64,000 nucleotides of DNA. Origin: an uncultured Candidatus Micrarchaeota archaeon (GTDB lineage: Archaea; Micrarchaeota; Micrarchaeia; Burarchaeales; Fermentimicrarchaeaceae). Numbering within the stretch: position 1 is the first letter of the stretch; every line of letters starts with the position of its first letter. The notes below the pieces were generated by a model that had not been told where the DNA came from, searched no databases, and saw nothing but the letters and a program-made list of their open reading frames with translations. Both the position numbers and the translations under genes were made by a program. Location of the stretch: positions 64,001 to 128,000 of the forward strand of contig CAVXDX010000003.1 in NCBI GenBank assembly GCA_963760615.1, in the 5' to 3' direction. This document shows positions 19,009-27,842 of the stretch, in pieces.

Positions 19009-19012
19009 TGCT

Positions 19013-19318
19013 ATGATCCCCACAATGAGAGAAAAAAGAAGGTACATCCACCTCAGGTTTGAGTGCAGCCGTGCGCTCAGCGAAAGCGAGGCGAGGGATG
19101 AGCTCTACAATGCAATTCTCTCTTTCCTTGGTGAGATGGGCTTCTCAAAAGTCAGCCCAAAGCTTGTGGAATTCAACGACAACTCCGGCATCCTCATGTG
19201 CTCAAACCAAGAGCTTCAGAATGTCAAGGCTGCTTTGGCGCTTGTAAGCAAAATAAAAGGCGAGGATGGCTGCATACGAGTTCTGAAAGTTTCCGGGATG
19301 ATAAACAAACTCCAGTAA
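19013..19318 (+). CDS. rnp2: RNase P protein Pop5
   Basis: PTMREKRRYI ... VLKVSGMI motif. Confidence 0.88.
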   Translation: MIPTMREKRRYIHLRFECSRALSESEARDELYNAILSFLGEMGFSKVSPKLVEFNDNSGILMCSNQELQNVKAALALVSKIKGEDGCIRVLKVSGMINKLQ

Positions 19319-19339
19319 GGAGATATGATTGAAAATGGG

Positions 19340-19549
19340 TAAGTATTGTGACATGCCCTTCATAAGCTTTTTGACCTCATGGGCTTCTTCCTTCAACGGC
19401 AACCTGCGGTGTCTCCAGAAGCGTTCATTCGGGAGTGCCCCTCCCTACTGCATCCCCCTGGTTATTCCCCAGCCGGCTTTGCGGAATGCAGGGGAAATGC
19501 CAGAAGCCATGCGTATTCCGACCCTCTTCGCCTACAGGTAGATGCAGTA
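19340..19549 (-). ncRNA. Candidate structured non-coding RNA of unknown family
   Basis: GC-rich non-coding interval with several stems; 9-bp TACTGCATC/GATGCAGTA stem begins at the predicted TSS of a BRE-TATA promoter; the 3' boundary is approximate. Confidence 0.4.
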
Positions 19550-19568
19550 AATAACCTCTGGAAGGACG

Positions 19569-19584
19569 TATATAAACCTTTTGG
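19569..19584 (-). promoter_or_regulatory. Archaeal BRE-TATA promoter pointing into the pop5-psmA gap
   Basis: Minus strand CCAAAAGG-TTTATATA; resembles the GAAAGG-TTTATAAA promoter upstream of lsm. Confidence 0.6.
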
Positions 19585-19720
19585 AGGGGTAACTTTCCAG
19601 TGAAAAGTGAATTTATGTGCAGACCCTAATTTGTGTGCAAAGCCCCCCCAGGTGCAAGTATTTTAAACCTTAGATGCGAATTAATACCCGTAGTGTGTAG
19701 AGAGAAGAAGAGGTGAATTA

Positions 19721-20431
19721 ATGTATCCGGTTTCTCCGCAGGCATACGACCGAGCTATAACGGTATTCAGCCCAGATGGAAGGCTCTTTCAAGTAGAATA
19801 CGCAAAAGAGGCTGTCAGACGAGGAGCCACTGCAATGGGAGTTGTGTGCGCAGATGGGGTAATCCTTGTAGCGCACAAGAACATAGTCTCAAACCTGCTC
19901 GTGTTTGAATCAATGAAGAAGATATTCAAGATAGACAACCACATAGCTGCGACTGCATCAGGTCTTGTTGCGGATGCCAGGAGGCTTGTCGATATGGCAA
20001 GGCTCGAGGCGCAGAGACATAGGCTCATGTACAACGAACCCATGAGCGTCGAGTCCGTCTCAAGGCATCTCTGCGACGCCATGCAGAGTTACACGCAGTA
20101 TGGAGGGGTAAGGCCTTTTGGAGTTTCACTTCTCATAGCGGGAGTTGACGATGAGCCCAAGCTATACGAGGCCGAGCCAAGCGGCGCTCTGACTGGTTTC
20201 AAGGCAGATGCCATAGGGAGCGGTAAGAAGGAGGTTGATGAGTTCTTCGAGAAGGAGTACAAGGAAGGGCTCAGCATAGAAGATGGCATAAGCCTTGCCA
20301 TGAAAGCTCTTAAGAAGACAACCGACGCGAAGCTGAAGGCTGAGAATGTAGACATAGCAGAGATAGCGAAGGGTAAGAAACTCAAGGTGCTCTCCGACGA
20401 GGAAGTGAGCAAGTACCTCTCCAAGGCCTAG
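19721..20431 (+). CDS. psmA: Proteasome subunit alpha
   Basis: YDRAITVFSPDGRLFQVEYA; GVRPFGVSLLIAG. Confidence 0.98.
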   Translation: MYPVSPQAYDRAITVFSPDGRLFQVEYAKEAVRRGATAMGVVCADGVILVAHKNIVSNLLVFESMKKIFKIDNHIAATASGLVADARRLVDMARLEAQRHRLMYNEPMSVESVSRHLCDAMQSYTQYGGVRPFGVSLLIAGVDDEPKLYEAEPSGALTGFKADAIGSGKKEVDEFFEKEYKEGLSIEDGISLAMKALKKTTDAKLKAENVDIAEIAKGKKLKVLSDEEVSKYLSKA

Positions 20432-20443
20432 TTGTGTGTTTTT

Positions 20444-21136
20444 ATGGTAAGTTTAGACAAGGCCATAATAGCCCGCCTGGAGACGCATGGGGAGAAGTTT
20501 GAACTTCTGGTTGATCCAGATATGGCTTACCTATTCAAAACCGGGAGCAAGAAGGACAGTCTCAATATGCTGGTTGTTGAGGAAATATTCACTGATGCCA
20601 GAAAGGCGGAGAGGCCCACTGCAGAGGTGCTGAAAAAAGCATTTGGAACTACTGAAGTCATGAAGATAGCCGAAACGATACTAAGAAAGGGGGATGTTCA
20701 GCTCACTACTGAGCAGAGAAAGAAGATGACGGAGGAAAAGAGGAAGAAGATTGTGGCAATACTCGCAAGAGAGTGCATAGACCCGAGGACTGGCGCACCG
20801 CACCCCCCTCAGCGAATTGAGAAAGCTCTGGAGGAAAGCAGGGTGCACATCGACCCATTCAAGGATGCCGAGGCGCAGCTGGACGAGGTTGTTGATGCGC
20901 TGAGGCTCATCCTGCCAATGAAGTTTGAGAAGGTGAGGATTGCCGTGAGAGTGCCCGCGGAGTACGCTCCCAGGGCATATGGCACGCTCAAGGAATACAG
21001 CATTCAGAGAGAGGAATGGCAGTCCAACGGGAATCTGATAGTTGTTGTTGAGATGCCCGCTGGATTGCAGGGTGAGTTTTACGATAAGATAAACAAAATA
21101 ACTTCCGGAAGTGTTGAGACAAAAATTTTGAAATGA
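20444..21136 (+). CDS. sdo1: Ribosome maturation protein SBDS/Sdo1
   Basis: GEKFELLV, GDVQLTTEQR, DPRTGAPHPPQRIE. Confidence 0.95.
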   Translation: MVSLDKAIIARLETHGEKFELLVDPDMAYLFKTGSKKDSLNMLVVEEIFTDARKAERPTAEVLKKAFGTTEVMKIAETILRKGDVQLTTEQRKKMTEEKRKKIVAILARECIDPRTGAPHPPQRIEKALEESRVHIDPFKDAEAQLDEVVDALRLILPMKFEKVRIAVRVPAEYAPRAYGTLKEYSIQREEWQSNGNLIVVVEMPAGLQGEFYDKINKITSGSVETKILK

Positions 21137-21149
21137 AGTGGTGAGAGAG

Positions 21150-21755
21150 ATGACTAGAATAGTTGTGCCTGGCGAGCTGCTTGCAAGCTCTTTACAGAGA
21201 ATTGATTTCGCATTCGTTGAGAATGGCAAGACGTACTCTTCAGTACTGGGGCTCTTTGATGAGGCAAACCCAAGGGTGATACCTCTGGAGGGCCCGTATA
21301 TGCCCACCCAGTACGACATAATTGTGGGCATTGTGGATGAGGTAAAGTTTGCGGGCTATAACGTTGATATAAACTCCCCTTACAGGGGGTTCCTTTCTGC
21401 CAAGGATTCCAGGTTCGAATACAAGCTCGGCGATGTCCTATCGGCAAAGATAGTGCAGGTTGACGAGGTCAAGAATGTCGACCTTGAGGGCGCCAGGGCT
21501 CTGAGGGATGGGGAGATTATAGAGATAAGCCCTGCCAAGATTCCCAGAGTGATAGGAAAAAAGAATTCCATGCTTGACATGATTAGGGAGGCAACAAAGA
21601 GTGAAATTTTTGTTGGCAAGAATGGCAGAATCTGGATAAAAGGGGGGAACTCCGCCCTTGCAGCGAGGACGATTCTGAAGGTTGAGAAGGAAGCGCATAC
21701 GACAGGTCTTACTGAAAGGATAAGCGCTTTCCTGAGAGAGGAAATCAGCAAATAA
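21150..21755 (+). CDS. rrp4: Exosome RNA-binding protein Rrp4
   Basis: IPLEGPYMP, S1 and KH domains, IPRVIGKKNSM, VGKNGRIW. Confidence 0.93.
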   Translation: MTRIVVPGELLASSLQRIDFAFVENGKTYSSVLGLFDEANPRVIPLEGPYMPTQYDIIVGIVDEVKFAGYNVDINSPYRGFLSAKDSRFEYKLGDVLSAKIVQVDEVKNVDLEGARALRDGEIIEISPAKIPRVIGKKNSMLDMIREATKSEIFVGKNGRIWIKGGNSALAARTILKVEKEAHTTGLTERISAFLREEISK

Positions 21756-21766
21756 TTGGTGGTGAT

Positions 21767-22495
21767 ATGGAGAAACCAAAATTGCTTATTGACGGAAAAC
21801 GAATTGACGGAAGGACTCTGGATGAGATGAGACCTTTGAAGATTCAGGCAGGCGTTCTGAACAAGGCTGACGGCTCTGCCTATGTGGAATGGGGCGGCAA
21901 CAAGGTGCTTGCAGCAGTATACGGGCCACGTGAGTGCATCCCAAGGCATGATGCCAGCCCATACAGGGCGGTCATACACTGCAGATACCTCATGGCCCCC
22001 TTCTCAACTCTGGATGAGCACGGCAGGAGCGGGCCAAACAGGAGGTCTATAGAAGTGTCAAAGGTGATAAAGGAAGTTTTTGAGAATGTTGTTATGACTG
22101 AGAAGTTCCCAAAGACCGCAATTGACATCTTCATAGAAGTACTGCAGGCTGATGGGGGGACCAGATGCGCGGGCATAACTGCTGCGGCGGTTGCGCTTGC
22201 GGATGCAGGAATCCCCATGAAGGACCTGCCCTGTGCCATTGCCGTTGGCAAGATAGAGAATGAAGTAGCTGTGGACTTTGGCAAGCTGGAGGATAACTAT
22301 GGTGATGGTGACATGCCCATTGCCGTAGCCCCGAGGAATAACGAGTTGTTGCTGCTTCAGATGGACGGAATGTTCACCAAGGATGAGCTCAGGAAGGCTC
22401 TCGAACTTGCATATGCTGCGTTCCCGAAGATAAACGCCCTTCAGGTAGAGGCTTTGAGGGCGCACTATGCAGTGAAAAAGGATGAAATTGGTTAG
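21767..22495 (+). CDS. rrp41: Exosome subunit Rrp41
   Basis: ADGSAYVEWG, AAVYGPRE, QADGGTRCA, EDNYGDGDMP. Confidence 0.96.
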   Translation: MEKPKLLIDGKRIDGRTLDEMRPLKIQAGVLNKADGSAYVEWGGNKVLAAVYGPRECIPRHDASPYRAVIHCRYLMAPFSTLDEHGRSGPNRRSIEVSKVIKEVFENVVMTEKFPKTAIDIFIEVLQADGGTRCAGITAAAVALADAGIPMKDLPCAIAVGKIENEVAVDFGKLEDNYGDGDMPIAVAPRNNELLLLQMDGMFTKDELRKALELAYAAFPKINALQVEALRAHYAVKKDEIG

Positions 22496-22506
22496 AGGGG
22501 ATCGAA

Positions 22507-23280
22507 ATGGATATACTTGATGAAATAAAAAAGGATTATGTGATAGACCTGATGAAAAATGGCAAGAGGCCTGACGACAGGGGCTTTCTTGACTATAGAC
22601 CATGCACCGTAGAGAAAGGTATATTCGAATCTGCTGAGGGAAGCGCCCGCGTGAAGCTTGGTAAAACGCAGGTTGTTGCGGGAGTAAAGATAGATGTTGG
22701 AACTCCTTTCAAGGACAGGCCTGATGAGGGAGTGCTCTCAACAACCGCCGAGCTGCTTCCGCTGGCATCACCGACATTTGAGCCTGGCCCTCCTGATGAG
22801 AATGCAATCGAACTTGCGAGAATCGTTGACAGAGGAATACGAAGCAGCAACTCAGTGGATTTGAATTCGCTGTTCATAGAGAAGGACAAGGTTCTCATGG
22901 TGTTTGTCGACATATACGTGCTGGACCATGATGGCAACCTCATAGATGCATCAGCTTTGGCTGCCATGGCAGCACTGCTAAATGCAAAACTTCCAAAGTA
23001 CGAGGATGGCAAGCTCATAAGGACAGAGCGAAATGAAAATCTGAAGATTGGCCCGAAGGTTGTAACGTGTACTTTCTCGAAGATAGATTCTCACATAGTT
23101 CTTGACCCGGGTCTTGATGAGGAGAAAGCAATGAGCGCCAGGCTTACGCTGGCGACAACTCCTGAGCACGTATGCGCCATGCAGAAAGGCGGGAGTGGCG
23201 CTTTCGCAAGAGATGAGCTCATGAATCTAATAGATGTGTCATTTGAGAAGGGAAATGAGCTGAGGAAGCTTCTTGACTGA
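22507..23280 (+). CDS. rrp42: Exosome subunit Rrp42
   Basis: AEGSARVKLG, FEPGPPDENAIELAR, DHDGNLIDA. Confidence 0.96.
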   Translation: MDILDEIKKDYVIDLMKNGKRPDDRGFLDYRPCTVEKGIFESAEGSARVKLGKTQVVAGVKIDVGTPFKDRPDEGVLSTTAELLPLASPTFEPGPPDENAIELARIVDRGIRSSNSVDLNSLFIEKDKVLMVFVDIYVLDHDGNLIDASALAAMAALLNAKLPKYEDGKLIRTERNENLKIGPKVVTCTFSKIDSHIVLDPGLDEEKAMSARLTLATTPEHVCAMQKGGSGAFARDELMNLIDVSFEKGNELRKLLD

Positions 23281-23293
23281 TGGAGGTGAGCGT

Positions 23294-23533
23294 GTGGCCA
23301 AAGCACAGGTTAGATACGGAGCAGAGATGAGGAAGAGAGCTGATGCCGTTGACAGGCAGAGAGTTGCCAAATACGTATGCCCGAAATGCGGCAAGAAAAA
23401 GGTTAAAAGAGAAGGCCATGCAGTCTGGAAATGCAGGTCATGCGGTGCCACATTCGCTGGCGGTGCCTACTCGCTGACAACAGCAGTCGGGGAGACAGGA
23501 AGAAGAATAATTGCAGATGTGAAAAAGAGGTAG
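23294..23533 (+). CDS. rpl37ae: Ribosomal protein eL43 (L37Ae)
   Basis: RYG, CPKCG..CRSCG Zn finger, FAGGAY; GTG after GGAGGTGA. Confidence 0.93.
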   Translation: MAKAQVRYGAEMRKRADAVDRQRVAKYVCPKCGKKKVKREGHAVWKCRSCGATFAGGAYSLTTAVGETGRRIIADVKKR

Positions 23534-23538
23534 TTGAT

Positions 23539-23670
23539 ATGTACACCTGTTGGAAATGTAAAAAATCCGTGAAAGAATTGGATGAATCTTTTGTGAGATG
23601 CCCCTACTGCGGGTGCAGGGCGCTTTTCAAGGAGAGACAACCCATAGCAAAGGATGTGAAGGCTGAATGA
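23539..23670 (+). CDS. rpoP: RNA polymerase subunit Rpo12 (RpoP)
   Basis: MYTCWKC...RCPYCGCRALFKER; 43 aa from ATG 23539. Confidence 0.92.
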   Translation: MYTCWKCKKSVKELDESFVRCPYCGCRALFKERQPIAKDVKAE

Positions 23671-24129
23671 ATGTCAGTTTACATAACGACGAGCAAGAAT
23701 CCTTCAACAAAAACGAAGACTCTCTGCGAGGCGCTCTCACTGGTGCTGCCTGGCTCCGCCAATGAGTTGAGGGGTAAAAAAAGCATAGAGCAGATATTCA
23801 GAAGGGCGAAACTGCTCGGCAAAAGAAGGGTGGTGCTCATATACGAAAAGAATGGAATTCCTTCCAAGATATGCCTGATGAGTGTGAAAGCCCATTCGTG
23901 GGACTGGATGGGTGAAGAAATCGCAATCTCAAATTTTCATGTTTATAAACTCCCAAAAGAGCTTCCTAATGAGCTCCTGATAACTGGAGATAAGAAAGAT
24001 GAGTTTGAGGAGCTTCTTGATTTTGAGAGAGCAGAAGGAGATGACTTCATCGAGCTGAATTGCGGGAAGGACCAACTCTCATTCTCGCATGTGGGCAAAC
24101 CCCTCCTTCAGCTGGAGCTGGTCTCATGA
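23671..24129 (+). CDS. Brix/Imp4-like ribosome biogenesis protein
   Basis: ITTSKNPS, RGKKSI, E.NGIPS motifs; canonical position. Confidence 0.85.
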   Translation: MSVYITTSKNPSTKTKTLCEALSLVLPGSANELRGKKSIEQIFRRAKLLGKRRVVLIYEKNGIPSKICLMSVKAHSWDWMGEEIAISNFHVYKLPKELPNELLITGDKKDEFEELLDFERAEGDDFIELNCGKDQLSFSHVGKPLLQLELVS

Positions 24130-24395
24130 AAGCGACGCTTGAAATAGCATTTGCCAATCCGACACAGGCAAAGAAGGCATTCAACTCGCTGAAACAGGAA
24201 GTGAGCTTCAAGAGAAAGAGCAATGCGGATATAAATGTTAAGAACAACCTCCTGCTTATCAGGATAGATGCGAAGGAGTTTCCTGCACTGAGGGCAACTG
24301 TTCATTCTTACCTAAGGCTTTTAAATGTGGTATTCGCTGTTTTAAAACTGACAGAAAAGGAGGGAGAGCATGGTAGATATGCCAAAGGAGCTTGA
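24126..24395 (+). CDS. pcc1: KEOPS subunit Pcc1
   Basis: IDAKEFPALRATVHSYLRLL motif; ATGA overlap with the upstream gene. Confidence 0.88.
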   Translation: MKATLEIAFANPTQAKKAFNSLKQEVSFKRKSNADINVKNNLLLIRIDAKEFPALRATVHSYLRLLNVVFAVLKLTEKEGEHGRYAKGA

Positions 24396-24717
24396 ACATG
24401 ACATAAATGAGTTCCAGACTGCGCAGAATCAGCTCCAGATGATCGTCATTCAGAAGCAGCAGGTGAAGATGCAGCTTGAGGAGATTGACGATGCGCTTGA
24501 GGAGCTCAAGGGAAAGAGCGGTAAGGTTTTCAAGTCAATCGGCTCTGTGCTTGTCGAATCAAAGGCTGACGATGTTGTCAAGGAGCTCAATGAGAACAAG
24601 GAGACGATGAAAGTGCGGATTGGAGTTTTGGGGAAGCAGGAGGAGAAGCTCAGGGGAAGACTTGTTGAACTCAGATCCAAGATAGAGAAAGCCGCCGGGG
24701 CGATGGGAGCTGCATGA
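24370..24717 (+). CDS. pfdB: Prefoldin beta subunit
   Basis: Coiled coil - VFKSIGSVLVE hairpin - coiled coil. Confidence 0.92.
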   Translation: MVDMPKELEHDINEFQTAQNQLQMIVIQKQQVKMQLEEIDDALEELKGKSGKVFKSIGSVLVESKADDVVKELNENKETMKVRIGVLGKQEEKLRGRLVELRSKIEKAAGAMGAA

Positions 24718-25706
24718 AAGCAATGCTCAATTTCCTCAAATCTTCGAGGGAGAAGAAAGCCCTAATTCTCATCCACTCCCTTGCCGATTTGGATGCAGTT
24801 GGAAGTGCTGTAGCCCTCCAATTGTACCTCAAAAATTCCTCCATAATCGCTTCTGATTTGCCCACTGCAAAAGCGAGGAACCTGCTCAGGTTTGTTAAAT
24901 CTGAAGTTAATACTGGTGGGAAGCTCAGCTCTGATATGCTGCTAATTTTGGATACCAATTCATACGATATGCTCGGCGAGCTTGCCGAAGGAGTGAGAAA
25001 CTTCAAGGGTGAGAAAGCTGTGATAGACCACCACTCCATCCACCCGGATTCAATAAAAGCAAATCATCTGCTTGTTGACAACCGCTACCTGTCCACCTCA
25101 GAGCTCATCTACGAACTGCTGAAGGAGTTGAAATGTAAAATTTCTGAGAGGGAGGCCGTATGCCTGCTGTGCGGCATTATAGACGATTCCGCAGGCTTCA
25201 AGAATGCCAACAGGAAGACATTCAGCGATATAGCCCAGCTGCTTGGGAAAACAAAACTGAGATATGAAGAGATTCTGAGGTTTACTGAAACAAATTTAGA
25301 TATATCCCAGAGAATTGCTCTCCTAACAGCGTGTAAACGAGCAGATATACTGATGGTTGGAGGTTACCTCATAGCAAAATCCAATGTTGGTTCGTTTGAA
25401 GCCAAAGCAGCAGAGGCTCTTATAGACTTGGGAGCGGATTTCTCATTTGTAGGCTCAAGTGGAAAGAAGGAGGTGAGGATATCCGCAAGGGTGAGGGGTG
25501 ATGCGTGCAACGAGCTCGGCATCAACATTGCAACGCAGGTTATGGAAAAAGTTGGAAAGACTCTGAAAGGCAGCGGAGGAGGACATGCATGTGCTGCGGG
25601 AGCAGATGGACCCAATGTTGATGCATTTGATGATGCAATGGATGAATGCGTTAAGCTCACCAGGGAAATTCTAGAGAGGAAAACCAATGCTAAAGCCAGA
25701 AGTTGA
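24714..25706 (+). CDS. DHH family phosphoesterase
   Basis: HSLADLDAVGSA, ILDT, IDHH, GGGHACAAG (DHHA1). Confidence 0.92.
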   Translation: MKAMLNFLKSSREKKALILIHSLADLDAVGSAVALQLYLKNSSIIASDLPTAKARNLLRFVKSEVNTGGKLSSDMLLILDTNSYDMLGELAEGVRNFKGEKAVIDHHSIHPDSIKANHLLVDNRYLSTSELIYELLKELKCKISEREAVCLLCGIIDDSAGFKNANRKTFSDIAQLLGKTKLRYEEILRFTETNLDISQRIALLTACKRADILMVGGYLIAKSNVGSFEAKAAEALIDLGADFSFVGSSGKKEVRISARVRGDACNELGINIATQVMEKVGKTLKGSGGGHACAAGADGPNVDAFDDAMDECVKLTREILERKTNAKARS

Positions 25707-25986
25707 GAAAAAGGTTCTGTTATTTCTCAAGAAGATACCACGGAGTAGAGTCGCAACATACAAAAGCATAGGCAAAAAATTCAAGCTGCACCCAAGAGTT
25801 GTCGGGCTGATTATGGGGAGGAACAAGCATCCCGAGCTATACCCCTGCTTCAAGGTTGTGAAGTCAAATGGAGGTCTGGGAGGATACTCGGGAGTTGGCG
25901 GTGTTAAAAAGAAAATATGGCTTCTCAGAAAAAATGGAGTTGAATTCGAAAAGCGAATAGATTTGAGTAAATATCAGTGGAGCTAG
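25687..25986 (+). CDS. O6-alkylguanine alkyltransferase-family protein (C-terminal domain only, divergent active site)
   Basis: IP...V.TY, PRVVG, PCFKVV, GGLGGY, K..LL..NG. Confidence 0.85.
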   Translation: MLKPEVEKKVLLFLKKIPRSRVATYKSIGKKFKLHPRVVGLIMGRNKHPELYPCFKVVKSNGGLGGYSGVGGVKKKIWLLRKNGVEFEKRIDLSKYQWS

Positions 25987-27185
25987 ATCTCCAGAATCCT
26001 TTTCAGCGTCTTTTCAGCGCTGCCCTTCCCCTCCTCGCTGAGCAATGAGTATAATGTCTCAACATCTATATCCGATTTGAAACCGTACTGCTTCAGTTTG
26101 TTCTTGAGAGTCTCTATTCCCATATCCCTTACAGACATCTTACTCTCCCTCAGACTCCTGAGCTTATCTATCTTCTCTTTCAGTGTCTCAGACTCAAGGC
26201 TTTTATCCACCTCCACAATTGCCCTGTCTTCAAACTCCCTTGCGATTGAACTCACATCGACATTTGACTGGTTGAGACCTTTTGCCAATGTGCCCTTCAG
26301 CTTGAGTTTTATCACTGGCTTAGTTTTGCTTTTGTTTTCCAGGAGCTTCTCCACGCTCTTCCTCGCCCTGGCGAGCACTTCCTCAAGCCCTGCCTGCTCG
26401 AACTCCAGCTCCTCGTAGAAGAATGGCCTGCTCTCTATATCATAGAAGACAGCCTCTTTGCTTTTCGTGTCAAAAACGAAGAATCCCTTGCCCCCCGCAT
26501 CCTCCTTCCTCATCTGCGTTATCACGGTGCTTCCAGGGATTATAAAATAGGCTCCGCTTTCAAGTTTCTGAACTATCTTTGAGTGCATATGCCCGCAGAG
26601 ATACAAATCAAAACCTTTCGGAAGATCCTCCATGCCCATCAAACTCTCCCCAGGAAGGAATTCCTTCATGCTCTGGTGGAATAAGAATATATTGAAAGCT
26701 CCGTCTACTGGTTTCAGGGAGAGTGCCTCCAGCGCACTCTTTGCATACTCCTCTGGGATGCCCCCCATCCCCTGCAGGGCAACCTTCTCCCCATCTTTTT
26801 CGAAAACCGCTGTAGCAGCATGCACATTCACAAGAAACCCCGCCTTCTCAAGCAGCTCAACTGGGTTGACCAGCTCTTTAGTCCTTCTCTCATGGGTTCC
26901 GTGAATTGCCACAACTGGCACTTCCGCATAATTCTCCCTTCCATCTCTGCTTTCATAGCTGACGAGCTTTGCTTCCCACTTCTTCCCTATGGCAATTCTA
27001 AAAAGTTTGAAGGATCTTGCCAGAATCTCCTGCTTGGGAACTCTGGAATCAAATATATCGCCGAGCAGCACTACCAAATCCGCCTCATTGCATGCTCTGG
27101 AAAAAGCCCTTTCCGCCTGTTCAAAAGAGTCCTCTAGGAACCTTGCATACCCCAAATGGAAATCCGCAAGCACTGCAATTTTCAA
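25983..27185 (-). CDS. mre11: Mre11 double-strand break repair nuclease
   Basis: ADFHLG, LGDIFD, IHGTHE, FHQ, GHMH, PGS motifs; probable TTG start 27185 (ORF track starts at 27209). Confidence 0.9.
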   Translation of the reverse strand: MKIAVLADFHLGYARFLEDSFEQAERAFSRACNEADLVVLLGDIFDSRVPKQEILARSFKLFRIAIGKKWEAKLVSYESRDGRENYAEVPVVAIHGTHERRTKELVNPVELLEKAGFLVNVHAATAVFEKDGEKVALQGMGGIPEEYAKSALEALSLKPVDGAFNIFLFHQSMKEFLPGESLMGMEDLPKGFDLYLCGHMHSKIVQKLESGAYFIIPGSTVITQMRKEDAGGKGFFVFDTKSKEAVFYDIESRPFFYEELEFEQAGLEEVLARARKSVEKLLENKSKTKPVIKLKLKGTLAKGLNQSNVDVSSIAREFEDRAIVEVDKSLESETLKEKIDKLRSLRESKMSVRDMGIETLKNKLKQYGFKSDIDVETLYSLLSEEGKGSAEKTLKRILEI

Positions 27186-27256
27186 GCAATCACCGTATAC
27201 CCATGTCATGCTTCACAGATGCATAAATTATTAAAAACAAAGTATAAAATCCCTAT

Positions 27257-27343
27257 ATGACAGCCAGCACAATCTTCACCCTTTTCACTGCTCTGGTAAT
27301 GGTTATAGTCACCATAATATTCATATACATCATCACCCGGTGA
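27257..27343 (+). CDS. Putative 28-aa single-pass membrane microprotein
   Basis: MTASTIFTLFTALVMVIVTIIFIYIITR*; about 30 nt after a TATA-like element; stop overlaps the GGTGA RBS of the next gene. Confidence 0.55.
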   Translation: MTASTIFTLFTALVMVIVTIIFIYIITR

Positions 27344-27347
27344 GCTT

Positions 27348-27773
27348 ATGGACTGGAGAATAGCGGCCATTTTAACAATGCTTGCGCTTGGAGTCTACAA
27401 TATCCTAGTTCAACAGTTTGTTAACGTTAAGAAAATCGACTGGCGGGTTATGATACCAATAGCGTTTGTCGTTTCTCTTGCGCTCCTGATCTACTTCCTG
27501 ACATCATATTCATCATTCATTGATGATATAACTCCCGGTTCAATACTCTTCTCATTCGCGCTGGCTTTCGTGTTTAGTGTATCGACAGTGTTCACCTACG
27601 TAACCTTCAAAGAGGGAGCCCCGCCGGGTCTTGCCGCTGTGGTATTCACCCTAAGTGCCCTTGTCACACTTCTCATATCAGCATTTTTACTAAAAACCGA
27701 TACTCTGGACTTTCAGAAAATTCTCGGCATAGTCTTCAGCATCATTGGGATAATACTGCTTCTCTATAAGTAA
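27348..27773 (+). CDS. EamA/DMT-family small transporter
   Basis: 141 aa, about five TM helices, KILGIVFSIIGIILL C-terminal signature. Confidence 0.75.
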   Translation: MDWRIAAILTMLALGVYNILVQQFVNVKKIDWRVMIPIAFVVSLALLIYFLTSYSSFIDDITPGSILFSFALAFVFSVSTVFTYVTFKEGAPPGLAAVVFTLSALVTLLISAFLLKTDTLDFQKILGIVFSIIGIILLLYK

Positions 27774-27842
27774 CTCAACTACCTCAACAGATTTATATAA
27801 CCATTATTCTATAACCATTAAAATGAATCAAAAGGTGGTCGA

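Noticed and set aside
19395-19420. SAM-I riboswitch-like CGGCAACC..GGTG, and 5S rRNA, in the pop5-psmA gap
   Set aside because: The P1/AUC, kink-turn and AGAUG elements of SAM-I and the loop C CCGAAC context of 5S are missing; kept only as an unclassified ncRNA candidate.
19594-19607. ORB-like sequence TTTCCAGTGAAAAG
   Set aside because: Single copy, with the G-string on the wrong side; likely chance.
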